NCBI GenBank assembly: GCA_964475855.1
Contig: CAYZAV010000001.1
Location: 49,060 to 113,059 of the forward strand
Direction: 5' to 3'
From: an uncultured Candidatus Saccharibacteria bacterium
GTDB lineage: Bacteria; Patescibacteriota; Minisyncoccia; Minisyncoccales; Staskawiczbacteraceae
DNA length: 64,000 bases
The notes beneath the pieces are model-generated. The model had not been told where the DNA came from. It saw only the letters and a program-made list of their open reading frames with translations, and made no database searches. Of the stretch, positions 36,349 through 45,539 are shown piece after piece (the stretch's first letter is position 1; each line of letters begins with the position of its first letter). The translations under genes and the position numbers were made by a program.

Positions 36349-37590
36349 TTACGGGATAAACACCCTGAACATTTTTCTCATTTTAAGCCCCCAACCTTTT
36401 AAAAAACCAAATAGATTTGCCATTGCGTTTTCCTGGCCTTCATCTATCGTGCTGGTTGCCCCAATAATAAGTCCGGCAACTGTGGCCAGCGAAGGATCCG
36501 CCTCAATGCCCCCAATGCCTTTTGGTACGCCGATTTCGCAGGGCAGGCCCAGTACTTGTTTGGCCAATTCTTTTATCCGTGGCATTTTGGCGCCGCCACC
36601 AGTCAGCATTACGCCGCCGGGCAATAATTCTTGCCTGCCGATTTTTTTGAGCTCTTTTTGCATCAAGTCCAAAATCTCCACCACTCGCGGTTCAATAATA
36701 TCCACCAATTGTTTTTTGGTAAATACCAGCGAATGTGACGTGTCAAACATTTCTATTTTTTTGCGCGCCTGATCTTTTTTTTCTTTATCTGTTTTGGCAA
36801 ACAGGCACGTGCCATGCTGTTTTTTAATATCTTCGGCCGTGACCACATCGGTTTTTAAACCAATGGCAATGTCGTTGGTAATATTGGCCGAACCAATAGG
36901 AAAAATGGCTAAGTGTATCAAATCCCCCTCTTCAAAAACTGAAAGACTAGTGGTAGCGTAGCCAATATCAATCACTGCCGCGCCGATTTCTTTTTGTTGA
37001 CGGGTCAGCACCGCCTCAGCTGCAGCCAAAGGTGAGGGCACAATATCATCAATCTGCACTTTTGCGTTCAAAACCGCCTGACTTAAATTGGTAAAATATT
37101 GCTGGAAATAACAGAGTAACACTACTTTAGCTTCTAGGCGTACTCCGGTCAGCCCGAGCGGCTGTTTGATGCCCCGCTGCTCATCAATAATGAATTCTCG
37201 GGGGAATACATCTAAAATTTCTTCGTTGGAAGAGTGACTGATGGCACGCGTGGCTGATAACACCCGGTCAATATCTTCTTCTGAAATAATATGATCAGCG
37301 CGAGAAACAGAAATCAACCCATCGGAAGGCGTGGTATATAAATGACTGCCACCAATGTTCACAAAGACGGAGTGAATGCTCTTACCACTTTCCCGCTCTA
37401 CACCGGAAAGAAGCATCTGGATGTTTTTTGCCGTTTCGTCAATATTGGCAACCACACCTCGCCTTAAACCAAATGACGGGATTTGGGCGTACGACAAAAC
37501 GTCCCATTGTTCGCCATTTTTTTGGGCCACCAACACCTTGATAGTGCTGGTCCCGATATCCAACCCCGTAACGATTTGATTTCTGGACAT
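36349..37590 (-). CDS. ftsA: cell division protein FtsA (actin-like ATPase)
   Basis: GLDIGTSTIKVLV phosphate-1. DIGYATTSLSVF, LTGGGAKMPRIKELA. 413 aa. Confidence 0.9.
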   Translation of the reverse strand: MSRNQIVTGLDIGTSTIKVLVAQKNGEQWDVLSYAQIPSFGLRRGVVANIDETAKNIQMLLSGVERESGKSIHSVFVNIGGSHLYTTPSDGLISVSRADHIISEEDIDRVLSATRAISHSSNEEILDVFPREFIIDEQRGIKQPLGLTGVRLEAKVVLLCYFQQYFTNLSQAVLNAKVQIDDIVPSPLAAAEAVLTRQQKEIGAAVIDIGYATTSLSVFEEGDLIHLAIFPIGSANITNDIAIGLKTDVVTAEDIKKQHGTCLFAKTDKEKKDQARKKIEMFDTSHSLVFTKKQLVDIIEPRVVEILDLMQKELKKIGRQELLPGGVMLTGGGAKMPRIKELAKQVLGLPCEIGVPKGIGGIEADPSLATVAGLIIGATSTIDEGQENAMANLFGFLKGWGLKMRKMFRVFIP

Positions 37591-37615
37591 TATGACTAAT
37601 TTAAAATTTACAATT

Positions 37616-38026
37616 TCAAATTTTCAAAAAGTAATACTCCTGCTTTCCAAACATCCGATCCTCTTCTTCTTTTGAAACTTCGTGGTCATACCCCAAATTA
37701 TGCAACAGGCCGTGGATCAATGACCTTGCCAATTCTTTCTTTAGCGACAGCGGACTTGAGGCCGTTTTTTCTTTTATGTACGCGGGACAAATAATCACTT
37801 CACAGCACTCATCTTTAAACTCGGAAACTTTGGCAAAGCTTAATACATCTGTCGACTTGTCCTTGTTTCGATATTTTCTATTGAGCTTTTGGATTTCTTC
37901 GGGCGTAACAAAAGCGATAGAGACGTTTTCCCTTTCTTTATTTTCGCCTTTTAACACTTTTTTTGCAACCCCGGTAAAAAAGGCTTTATCCACAACGAAT
38001 TTGGTAAGATTATTTATTTCAATCAT
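37616..38026 (-). CDS. ybeY: rRNA maturation endoribonuclease YbeY
   Basis: HGLLHNLGYDH metal-binding motif. 136 aa. Confidence 0.85.
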   Translation of the reverse strand: MIEINNLTKFVVDKAFFTGVAKKVLKGENKERENVSIAFVTPEEIQKLNRKYRNKDKSTDVLSFAKVSEFKDECCEVIICPAYIKEKTASSPLSLKKELARSLIHGLLHNLGYDHEVSKEEEDRMFGKQEYYFLKI

Positions 38027-38071
38027 TGGTTTTAATCAGTCATTTTACCTCATATTTATTTTTTCTCAAAA

Positions 38072-38104
38072 TAAAAAACCGCCTCCTGTAATGCGGAAGC
38101 GGTT
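38072..38104 (-). terminator. rho-independent terminator
   Basis: Minus strand: CCGCTTCC-gcattaca-GGAGGCGG followed by TTTTTTATTTT. Downstream of the 38114..38794 gene. Confidence 0.6.
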
Positions 38105-38113
38105 TTTTACCAT

Positions 38114-38794
38114 TTAAGCTACTATGGGAGCTACTTTTACCATTTTTACGTTTTCGTAGAGGACATAGATATAAATAGCTGAAAATGGCGCCACGATAAA
38201 TAAATTAATAAACATGCCTACGGATGGGATAGAAGAAACAAGAGCCCCGACAACACCCACCAAGCAAAGCCTGCCGAAAATAGGCCACCAATAGCCTTTT
38301 ACCAATTCACGGCTGCGCTGCAAGGCTTGCATTCCCTTTTTCTCTTCCCAAATGAAAATATATTTAGAAAATAGTAACCAAACCATGACAATAATTCCCG
38401 GAATAATAAGCAGTGCGAATCCAATAGTAATCATAATACCCGCCAAAAAGCATACCCAGGCATAGGGCCAGGCAACGTCCCAAGCCTGCCTCAAATATTC
38501 TTTCATGCTTTTTTGAAAATTCCGTTCTTTGATACTGTAAAGTAACGCCACATGAAAACACAATCCAATCAGGGTTCCCATGGAAAAAAATACCAAAAGA
38601 ACGGTAAAAATGGCAAGGTTTGATAACATGGTATTATTATTGACTGTGGTAAGCAACAATAAAAACCAGATAGCTACCAACACCATAAAAATGGCCATAT
38701 TGACGGCCATTAGTTTAATGAAAAACCAAAATCCTTCCCGGTAAATTTCGTAACTTTTCTTGAATAGGTTTTCTATGGAAATAAGTTTCTGCAT
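38114..38794 (-). CDS. polytopic membrane protein of unknown function
   Basis: Five or more hydrophobic helices. 226 aa. Confidence 0.5.
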   Translation of the reverse strand: MQKLISIENLFKKSYEIYREGFWFFIKLMAVNMAIFMVLVAIWFLLLLTTVNNNTMLSNLAIFTVLLVFFSMGTLIGLCFHVALLYSIKERNFQKSMKEYLRQAWDVAWPYAWVCFLAGIMITIGFALLIIPGIIVMVWLLFSKYIFIWEEKKGMQALQRSRELVKGYWWPIFGRLCLVGVVGALVSSIPSVGMFINLFIVAPFSAIYIYVLYENVKMVKVAPIVA

Positions 38795-38795
38795 A

Positions 38796-39293
38796 TTACT
38801 TGAGCAACTCTTTTACGGCAGCACTCACCTGTGAACCCTCTGCTTTCCCTTTTACTTTCGGAGCCAAATCAGCCATCACTTTCCCCATATCTTTTATGGT
38901 GGTGGCACCTGTGGCCGCAACGGCTTCCTTGACCAGTACTCTTAATTCTTCAACCGAAAGTTGCTCGGGCAAATACGTTTGCAAAATAGCAATTTCTTTT
39001 TTCTCAACATCTGCCAATTCCGGTCGGCCGCCTTGCTCATATAAAGCAATGGCATCACGCCGCTTTTTTATTTCAGAAGAAATAGTTGTCAGTGTTTCCT
39101 CATCGGTCAATTCCGACATGGCTTTCAATTCCTCTTCTTTCATTTCGGGCTTTTCCTTGGCTATACTATAATGCTTTTCCTTTTCTTTGGAATTTACCGC
39201 CGCCAGCACCAAACGCAAAACTGCGGACAGTTCCACATTTTTAGCCTTCATGGCCACGATCACATCATCTTTAATCCGTTGTTTCAACAACAT
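38796..39293 (-). CDS. GatB/YqeY domain protein
   Basis: N-terminal KDDVIVAMKAKNVELSAVLRLVLAAV and C-terminal KDMGKVMADL blocks typical of the YqeY family. 165 aa. Confidence 0.8.
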   Translation of the reverse strand: MLLKQRIKDDVIVAMKAKNVELSAVLRLVLAAVNSKEKEKHYSIAKEKPEMKEEELKAMSELTDEETLTTISSEIKKRRDAIALYEQGGRPELADVEKKEIAILQTYLPEQLSVEELRVLVKEAVAATGATTIKDMGKVMADLAPKVKGKAEGSQVSAAVKELLK

Positions 39294-39314
39294 GATATAT
39301 GGAAAAAATTAATA

Positions 39315-39569
39315 CTAGTAACTCCTGCTCATCGGCCTTCCAAACAGTTTGGCTTTTGGCTTGTCCAGCTTTTCCTGCTTGATTTTTTCGGCTTTCAAAA
39401 TAACCCTCCTGATGGCCGATCGCTTTTTTGCCAAATCGGATTTCTGCCGTTTTTTAAACTGCTTGCTGCGTACCTGCAAAAGCACTCCTGATTGCCTGAC
39501 CGTTTTAGTAAAACGATGCACCAGGTTTTGCGAAGTTTCCCGATCTTTTTTATTTACTTGTAATGCCAT
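39315..39569 (-). CDS. rpsU: 30S ribosomal protein S21 (bS21)
   Basis: 84-aa basic protein. VRQSGVLLQVRSKQFKKRQKSDLAKKRSAIRR resembles the S21 core. Confidence 0.75.
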   Translation of the reverse strand: MALQVNKKDRETSQNLVHRFTKTVRQSGVLLQVRSKQFKKRQKSDLAKKRSAIRRVILKAEKIKQEKLDKPKAKLFGRPMSRSY

Positions 39570-39598
39570 AAATTTTATCTGATAAAATTTCGCTGAAT

Positions 39599-39674
39599 AA
39601 CACGGAACTTCACACGAAATTACGCTGAAAACTTCCGCGTAGTTCCGTGTTAGCTTCCGCGTAGTTCCGCGGAA
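39599..39674. promoter_or_regulatory. structured repeat region in the rpsU leader / hisS 3' flank: 10-bp inverted repeat, two 16-bp direct repeats, and a 7-bp stem hairpin
   Basis: AACACGGAAC (39599..39608) pairs with GTTCCGTGTT (39642..39651). CTTCCGCGTAGTTCCG occurs at 39632..39647 and 39654..39669. TTCCGCG-tagttc-CGCGGAA lies at 39655..39674. Confidence 0.45.
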
Positions 39675-39678
39675 AAAA

Positions 39679-40962
39679 TTATCCCTTAATTTTTTGTCCC
39701 ATCTCTGCCACGACCTTGTCCAGTTTTATTTCACTCTGTTGGCCACTTTCCATATCTCGCAGGGTGATAAAATCTTCCAATGCTTCTTTCTGCCCGAAAA
39801 TCAACACCCATTTTATTCCCATCTTATCGGCCGTTTTCAGTTGCGCTCGCAGTGAATCCTTAGAAAACGATTCGGCTACCGGGATTTTGGCTTCACGGAA
39901 TTCCTCAAATAACTTTAAGCTTTTTCGTTTTGCCATCTGGCCAAGCTGGGCTAGGAATATTTTCGGAGCTTCATTTTTTTTATCCGGTTTTAATTCCCGC
40001 GTTTTCATGATATTTAAAATCCGGTCAATACCACCCGCCGCACCGAACGCCGGTGTGTCGCGCCCGCCCAACAATTTTACCAGGGCATCATACCTGCCCC
40101 CGCCTACCAATGAACCCTGACCTTCGCCCGCTTCACTTTTTTCTACAATTTCAAAAACGGTTTTAGTATAATAATCAAACCCGCGCACTAAATACGGGTT
40201 AAGTGTATATGGAAGTTCCAATTCGTCCAAGAATTCCAACACCTGTTTAAAGTGTGCGTGGCACTGTTCACACAAGTGGTCGATGATTTGCGGCGCACCG
40301 GATTTTACCTGTTTGCACTTTTCGTCTTTGCAATCCAAAATCCTTAATGGATTTTCTTTCAGTCTGCGTTGGCAATCACTACATAGCGAAGATTTACGCG
40401 ATTTAAAATACCCCGCCAATATTTTTTTAAAATACGGCCGGCATTCACTGTCTCCGATGGAATTTACATCAATGCTGATATTTTTAAATCCCAAATCTTT
40501 CAGGATGTCGTAACACATCTGGATAATCTGACCATCAATGGATGCATTTTTATCTCCCAACGCTTCGAAATTAAATTGGTGGAGTTGCCGATACCTGCCT
40601 GCCTGCGGGCGTTCGTGCCTGAATAACGGGCCAGAAGTCCACAACTTTACCGGCTGGGGCAAATTATGCATGCCGTGTTCAATATAGCTTCTCACAATGC
40701 CGGCGGTAAATTCGGGCCTTAAGCAAACCAGATCCCCTCCTTTAGTGCGAAAGGTATACATTTCTTTTTCAACGATATCCGTGGCCTGGCCGGTTCCTTT
40801 TATAAAAACTTCGGCCTGCTCCATGATCGGTACATCAATACGGCTGAAACCGTAGTAATTGGAAATACCCTCAACAGATTTGTTGATTTTTTTCAGATAA
40901 GGCTGGTCGGCAGGCAAAATATCATTCATCCCGGACAAGCTTTGAATTTTTACTTTACTCAT
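39679..40962 (-). CDS. hisS: histidine--tRNA ligase
   Basis: Class II motifs (LRPEFTAGIVR, GGGRYD), His-specific blocks, C-terminal anticodon-binding domain. 427 aa. Confidence 0.95.
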   Translation of the reverse strand: MSKVKIQSLSGMNDILPADQPYLKKINKSVEGISNYYGFSRIDVPIMEQAEVFIKGTGQATDIVEKEMYTFRTKGGDLVCLRPEFTAGIVRSYIEHGMHNLPQPVKLWTSGPLFRHERPQAGRYRQLHQFNFEALGDKNASIDGQIIQMCYDILKDLGFKNISIDVNSIGDSECRPYFKKILAGYFKSRKSSLCSDCQRRLKENPLRILDCKDEKCKQVKSGAPQIIDHLCEQCHAHFKQVLEFLDELELPYTLNPYLVRGFDYYTKTVFEIVEKSEAGEGQGSLVGGGRYDALVKLLGGRDTPAFGAAGGIDRILNIMKTRELKPDKKNEAPKIFLAQLGQMAKRKSLKLFEEFREAKIPVAESFSKDSLRAQLKTADKMGIKWVLIFGQKEALEDFITLRDMESGQQSEIKLDKVVAEMGQKIKG

Positions 40963-40978
40963 GTATATCGTTAAAAAA

Positions 40979-41620
40979 TTAATAACCAGGTACTGGCACC
41001 AAGCTCATTGCCTGCAAAGGAAAGATTCGAAACACCGCCCTGCCCACAATGTCTTCGCGCGGTAACATTCCCCAGCGCCGTGAATCATAGGAAAATTCAC
41101 GATTGTCACCCATCACAAAATATTTATCTTCTCCTAAAACCATATGCACGTTTCCATCGGTGGTCAAATGTACCGGTAAATAAGCTTCTAACAGGTCCAT
41201 ACTTTTACCATCTTTAGTTATAATCACGTTCCCGTCTTTTACATCAACTGTTTCTCCTGGCAAACCGATAATTCTTTTGATAAAACGCTGCGAAGCGTCA
41301 AGGGGATATTTGAGCACTACCACGTCCCCACGATGCGGCTGGCCTAACCGATACGAAATTTCATCCACGATCAGATAGTCGCCAGAATGGAAATTTGGCA
41401 CCATACTATCGCCTTTTACAATGAATGGTTGGAATAAAAAATATCTGATCGGCAGGACAATAATGGCCGCGATAATGATAATTTTAATAAAATCCCAGGC
41501 AATAAAAAGGTACTTTCTGACAAGCCTTTTTGTTTCGCCCTTTTCCGGATTTGGATCGGAAGTTGGCGGTGGGTTTTGCTCTTGAGGATTAACCGGTTGC
41601 AGTGGATCCATATAATGCAA
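40979..41620 (-). CDS. lepB: signal peptidase I (S26)
   Basis: N-terminal TM. GDSMVPNF (Ser box), GDNREFSYDSR (box D/E). 213 aa. Confidence 0.85.
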   Translation of the reverse strand: MHYMDPLQPVNPQEQNPPPTSDPNPEKGETKRLVRKYLFIAWDFIKIIIIAAIIVLPIRYFLFQPFIVKGDSMVPNFHSGDYLIVDEISYRLGQPHRGDVVVLKYPLDASQRFIKRIIGLPGETVDVKDGNVIITKDGKSMDLLEAYLPVHLTTDGNVHMVLGEDKYFVMGDNREFSYDSRRWGMLPREDIVGRAVFRIFPLQAMSLVPVPGY

Positions 41621-41666
41621 TTAATACGCGAATTTTATCATGCTTTTGCTTTTATTGCAAGTAGGT

Positions 41667-41702
41667 AAAAAAAAGCGGCTGCGACATGAATATGCCGCAG
41701 CC
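41667..41702 (-). terminator. rho-independent terminator
   Basis: Minus strand: GGCTGCG-gcatattcatgt-CGCAGCC followed by T8. Confidence 0.6.
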
Positions 41703-41727
41703 ATCGAGTGAGAAAAAACGAAGGACG

Positions 41728-41976
41728 CTAACGGGACCGCGTCATACGACGCTGAACAAAGCGGGGTTTCAAGGAAGATTTGTCTCCCAGCACTTTCTTG
41801 ATGTCACGAGGGTAAACCGGGAAATGGAACCTGATCTGGCACTTGTCGGCCACCTCCTCCAAGTTCTTGATGTCCAGAGAACCTCCGGACAGGGCCATCA
41901 AGTGACGGATCGTCTTGTGATGATGTGACTTGAAGCGGTTATAGTTACCGCCATCCCGACGAACTGACCTCGTCAT
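41728..41976 (-). CDS. small basic hypothetical protein (82 aa), GC-rich
   Basis: MTRSVRRDGGNYNRFKSHHHKTIRHL... Followed by a minus-strand terminator. An overlapping +-strand ORF was judged less likely. Family unknown. Confidence 0.4.
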   Translation of the reverse strand: MTRSVRRDGGNYNRFKSHHHKTIRHLMALSGGSLDIKNLEEVADKCQIRFHFPVYPRDIKKVLGDKSSLKPRFVQRRMTRSR

Positions 41977-42126
41977 ACTCTTTCCTTTCTTAGTCCTAAG
42001 ACAGTATGCGGAAAAAACACTACGCTGGCCGATACTCGTCCATCGTCCTTCCAAAAATGAACTAATTATCAGTTTAATCTAAAATTACTCATTGTCAATA
42101 TACATAAAACCAGATATCATAGAAAC

Positions 42127-42666
42127 ATGTTTATTATTGTTGGTCTGGGAAACCCTGGAGTAAAATTCAATACCACGCGCCATAATGCCGGTTTTATGGC
42201 ATTGGATTTTTTTGCCACGCAAAATAATTTTCCCGAATTTGAATTGTCTAAAAAATATGATTCTTTAATTTCAGAAAAAGATGGTATTTTGTTAGCCAAA
42301 CCGCAGACATTCATGAATGAGTCGGGCAAGGCCGTGCAAAAACTGATGAAAAATAGCCAAGCCGAATTAATTGTCGTACATGATGACATTGACATGGATC
42401 TTGGGAAAATAAAATTCTCAAAAGATTCAGGGGCGGGCGGACATAAGGGCGTAGAATCCATCATTGCTCTACTTGGCACGAAAGATTTTACCCGCCTGAA
42501 AATTGGCATTGCCACGGGAGAACAAAAAGCAGAAGAAGTGGTCCTGCAAAAATTTTCACCCGCCGAACAAGAAATCTTAACTGGTGTCATTAAAAAATCT
42601 GCACTGGCGCTACAATATTTTATTGATAACGGACTAGAAAAAACTATGAATGAATATAACCGATAA
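42127..42666 (+). CDS. pth: peptidyl-tRNA hydrolase
   Basis: MFIIVGLGNPGVKFNTTRHNAGF. Promoter TTGTCA-17-TATCAT just upstream. 179 aa. Confidence 0.9.
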   Translation: MFIIVGLGNPGVKFNTTRHNAGFMALDFFATQNNFPEFELSKKYDSLISEKDGILLAKPQTFMNESGKAVQKLMKNSQAELIVVHDDIDMDLGKIKFSKDSGAGGHKGVESIIALLGTKDFTRLKIGIATGEQKAEEVVLQKFSPAEQEILTGVIKKSALALQYFIDNGLEKTMNEYNR

Positions 42667-44602
42667 ACAGTTACACCAATTATTAATTGTCTCCATTACC
42701 CCCTACTTTTTAGAAAAGCAGGGTTTTTGGTTTAAAGAAAACTTGCAGACAATTTTAGACTCAACTAAAACGCAATCTTTTTTCCAGGATAATGTTATTT
42801 TTTTAAAAAAAGGACAAACAGAACAAGTTTCACAACTTCTACGAAAGTTGGATGAAATGGGGTACGAACGGGTTTTTGAGGTGGAAAGCCCGGGAGAATT
42901 TTCACAAAAGGGCGGCGTTATTGATATGTTCCCGATTAATATACCGCACGCTGTGCGGCTGGATTTTCTAGGAAACACTCTTGAGCACATCAGCACACTG
43001 GATATAACAACCCAAGACGAAGAAAAATCTCGGCAGCTGTTACAGAAAAAACTAAAGTCACAGAAATTATTTTCTGACCTGAAAAATCTGAAAATCGGGG
43101 ACTATTTAGTCCATTTGGACCACGGCGTGGCAAAATATATCGGCACAGAAAAAATGGGCGAAGAAAATTACTATGTTCTAGAATATGCAAAACAGGATAA
43201 ATTATTTGTACCGGTTGGGCTTGAGCGCAAACTTTCTCGCTATATGGGCTTTGCCGACCCCGCCGTCAGCCGCCTGGGCAGTGAATTGTGGCAGCGCACC
43301 AAGCGGCATATAAAAGAAGGGGTTGAAAAGCTAGCCAAGGAACTATTGGCATTGTACGCAAAAAAAGAAGTGGTGATACGGAAACCTTATGAATCCGATG
43401 CAGAAATTGAAGCCCAAATAAAAGCCGGGTTTGCCTATGAAGAAACACCCGACCAATTACAGGCGCTGGAAGACATTCGGCAGGATTTGGCCGGTGAAAA
43501 ACCCATGGATCGCATCGTGTGCGGCGATGTTGGTTTTGGTAAAACGGAAATTGCCTTGCGCGCGGCGGCTTTGGCAGCGGGCAACGCCTACCAGTGTGCC
43601 ATTATTTGCCCCACCACTATTTTAGCCAAACAACATTTTGATCATTTTAAAACGCGCCTCTCATCATTACCTTTGCGTGTGACCATGCTTAGCCGTTTAC
43701 AAAGCGCCACCGAGCAGAAAAAAATTATCAAAGAAATTGGCGAAGGGAAAATTGATATTGTCATTGGCACCCACCGGTTATTATCAAAAGATATTATATT
43801 TAAAAATCTGCAACTATTGATCATTGATGACGAGCAGCGCTTCGGGGTAAAGCAAAAAGAAGTGCTGCGCCAAAAGCATCCTGCGCTAGACTTGTTAAGC
43901 CTTTCGGCCACACCCATTCCCCGCACCATGTATTTGGCGCTTTCCAGTTTTAAAAATATTTCGCTGATGCAAACGGCGCCAGTGGGAAGAAGTGCCATAG
44001 AAACAAACATCCTTGCGTATAATAAAAAAGAAATCTGCCGCGCCATTGAGTTTGAACTAGCCCGTGGCGGCCAGGTATATTTTTTGCATAACCGTGTTGA
44101 AACGATAGAAACAACCAAAGCGGATTTAAAAAAACTGATGCCACGATTGCAGATAAGCACTATTCATGGACGCATGTCCGAAACCCAGCTTATCAACGTG
44201 ATGGAAGAGTTTAAAAAGGGTACTTCAGATGTGCTAGTTGCCACCACTATTATTGAAAACGGCATTGATTTACCAAATGTGAATACTATTATAATAGAAG
44301 ATGCCAGTCGTCTGGGACTTTCGCAAGCATACCAAATACGTGGTCGCGTTGGCCGGTCATTTAAAAAAGGTCATGCCTATTTATTTTATCCAAAGCATAT
44401 GACTGACGTGGCGCGAGAACGATTAGAAGCGCTTGGCCAAGCTAACGAATTGGGCGCGGGCTACCAAATTGCCCTGCGCGACATGGAAATCCGCGGCGCC
44501 GGAAACATTTTGGGCCGCGAACAATCCGGCAGCATTAATAAAATCGGTTTGAATTTGTATTGCCAGATGTTGGCGGAAGCAGTAGAAAAAATACGGGAAT
44601 AA
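42650..44602 (+). CDS. mfd: transcription-repair coupling factor Mfd, short form lacking N-terminal UvrB-homology domains
   Basis: RNAP-interaction and translocase modules (GDVGFGKTEIALRAA, LIIDDEQRFGV, helicase C). Only 650 aa. Conserved pth-mfd synteny. Confidence 0.85.
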   Translation: MNITDKQLHQLLIVSITPYFLEKQGFWFKENLQTILDSTKTQSFFQDNVIFLKKGQTEQVSQLLRKLDEMGYERVFEVESPGEFSQKGGVIDMFPINIPHAVRLDFLGNTLEHISTLDITTQDEEKSRQLLQKKLKSQKLFSDLKNLKIGDYLVHLDHGVAKYIGTEKMGEENYYVLEYAKQDKLFVPVGLERKLSRYMGFADPAVSRLGSELWQRTKRHIKEGVEKLAKELLALYAKKEVVIRKPYESDAEIEAQIKAGFAYEETPDQLQALEDIRQDLAGEKPMDRIVCGDVGFGKTEIALRAAALAAGNAYQCAIICPTTILAKQHFDHFKTRLSSLPLRVTMLSRLQSATEQKKIIKEIGEGKIDIVIGTHRLLSKDIIFKNLQLLIIDDEQRFGVKQKEVLRQKHPALDLLSLSATPIPRTMYLALSSFKNISLMQTAPVGRSAIETNILAYNKKEICRAIEFELARGGQVYFLHNRVETIETTKADLKKLMPRLQISTIHGRMSETQLINVMEEFKKGTSDVLVATTIIENGIDLPNVNTIIIEDASRLGLSQAYQIRGRVGRSFKKGHAYLFYPKHMTDVARERLEALGQANELGAGYQIALRDMEIRGAGNILGREQSGSINKIGLNLYCQMLAEAVEKIRE

Positions 44603-44622
44603 AAATATGCTATCATGTATGC

Positions 44623-45522
44623 ATGAAGGAGATAAAAACAGTAACAATTACTGATAAAAATTATCCTGCCGCCCTTAAAACCCTTTCTGATGCCCCGAAG
44701 ATACTATATTACCGCGGCTCATTACCCACACCAAAAGAAACCTGCGTTGCCGTTGTTGGAACTCGCCGGCCGTCTGAATATGGGCAACGGGTTGCTTTGG
44801 AAATTTCGGGAGAATTAGCGGATACAGGTATAACGATTGTTTCCGGCCTCGCACCGGGAATTGATACGTTCGCTCATACTGCCTGTGTTGAAAGGGGCAA
44901 ACGGACCATTGCAGTGACTGGCACGGGGTTGGATGAAAAAACCCTCTACCCGCAGCAGAACCTGAAATTATCACGGCAAATCATAGAAAACGGTGGCTGT
45001 CTTTTATCGGAATACGCGCCCAATACTCCGGGTTATGCGGGAAATTTTCCACAACGAAACCGTCTTGTCGTGGCTTTAAGTGAAGGTGTGGTAGTTATTG
45101 AAGCAAAAGAGAGATCCGGGTCACTCATTACCGCCAACCTTGCAAAACTGCAAAAGAAAAAACTATTCGCCGTACCGGGACAAATTTACATGGCAAATGC
45201 CAGCGGGCCAAATAAACTTATCAAAGAAGGCGCCCAGTTAGTTGAAAGCGCACAAGATGTTTTAGCCGTTTTAGGTAAAGATAATACTCGACTGTTTGTG
45301 GGAATAGGTAATTCCCCGTTAATCCCCCTGGGGGAATTACCTATTCCCACAAACAAGGCAGAAGCTGCTATCTTCACCGCCCTAAAAGAAGAATCGCTCT
45401 ACATTGACGCCATCATTGAAAAAACAAAATTAAGCGCACCAGTGGTCGGATCCACACTTGCGCTTATGGAAATTTCAGGTAAGGTAAGGAATCTTGGGGG
45501 GAACACCTACGCTATCGCATAA
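44623..45522 (+). CDS. dprA: DNA processing protein DprA (Smf)
   Basis: Rossmann-like DprA domain (VVGTRRPS, GLAPGIDTFAH, GGCLLSEY). Start at MKEIKTV. Confidence 0.85.
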   Translation: MKEIKTVTITDKNYPAALKTLSDAPKILYYRGSLPTPKETCVAVVGTRRPSEYGQRVALEISGELADTGITIVSGLAPGIDTFAHTACVERGKRTIAVTGTGLDEKTLYPQQNLKLSRQIIENGGCLLSEYAPNTPGYAGNFPQRNRLVVALSEGVVVIEAKERSGSLITANLAKLQKKKLFAVPGQIYMANASGPNKLIKEGAQLVESAQDVLAVLGKDNTRLFVGIGNSPLIPLGELPIPTNKAEAAIFTALKEESLYIDAIIEKTKLSAPVVGSTLALMEISGKVRNLGGNTYAIA

Positions 45523-45539
45523 TCCCCCATTTACCTGAA

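Noticed and set aside
39599-39674. Possible CRISPR-like repeats (CTTCCGCGTAGTTCCG x2) near rpsU
   Set aside because: Only two copies, separated by 4 bp with no spacers. Embedded in a hairpin-rich leader. No cas genes in the window. Better explained as a regulatory or structural element.
41686-41928. Plus-strand 80-aa ORF overlapping the small basic minus-strand gene
   Set aside because: Low-complexity translation. The minus-strand ORF has a matching downstream terminator and a more protein-like sequence.
41728-41976. Identification of the 82-aa basic protein as ribosomal protein L28 or L35
   Set aside because: Only vague resemblance (basic N-terminus with His cluster). Motif spacing does not match either family from memory. 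Left unassigned.
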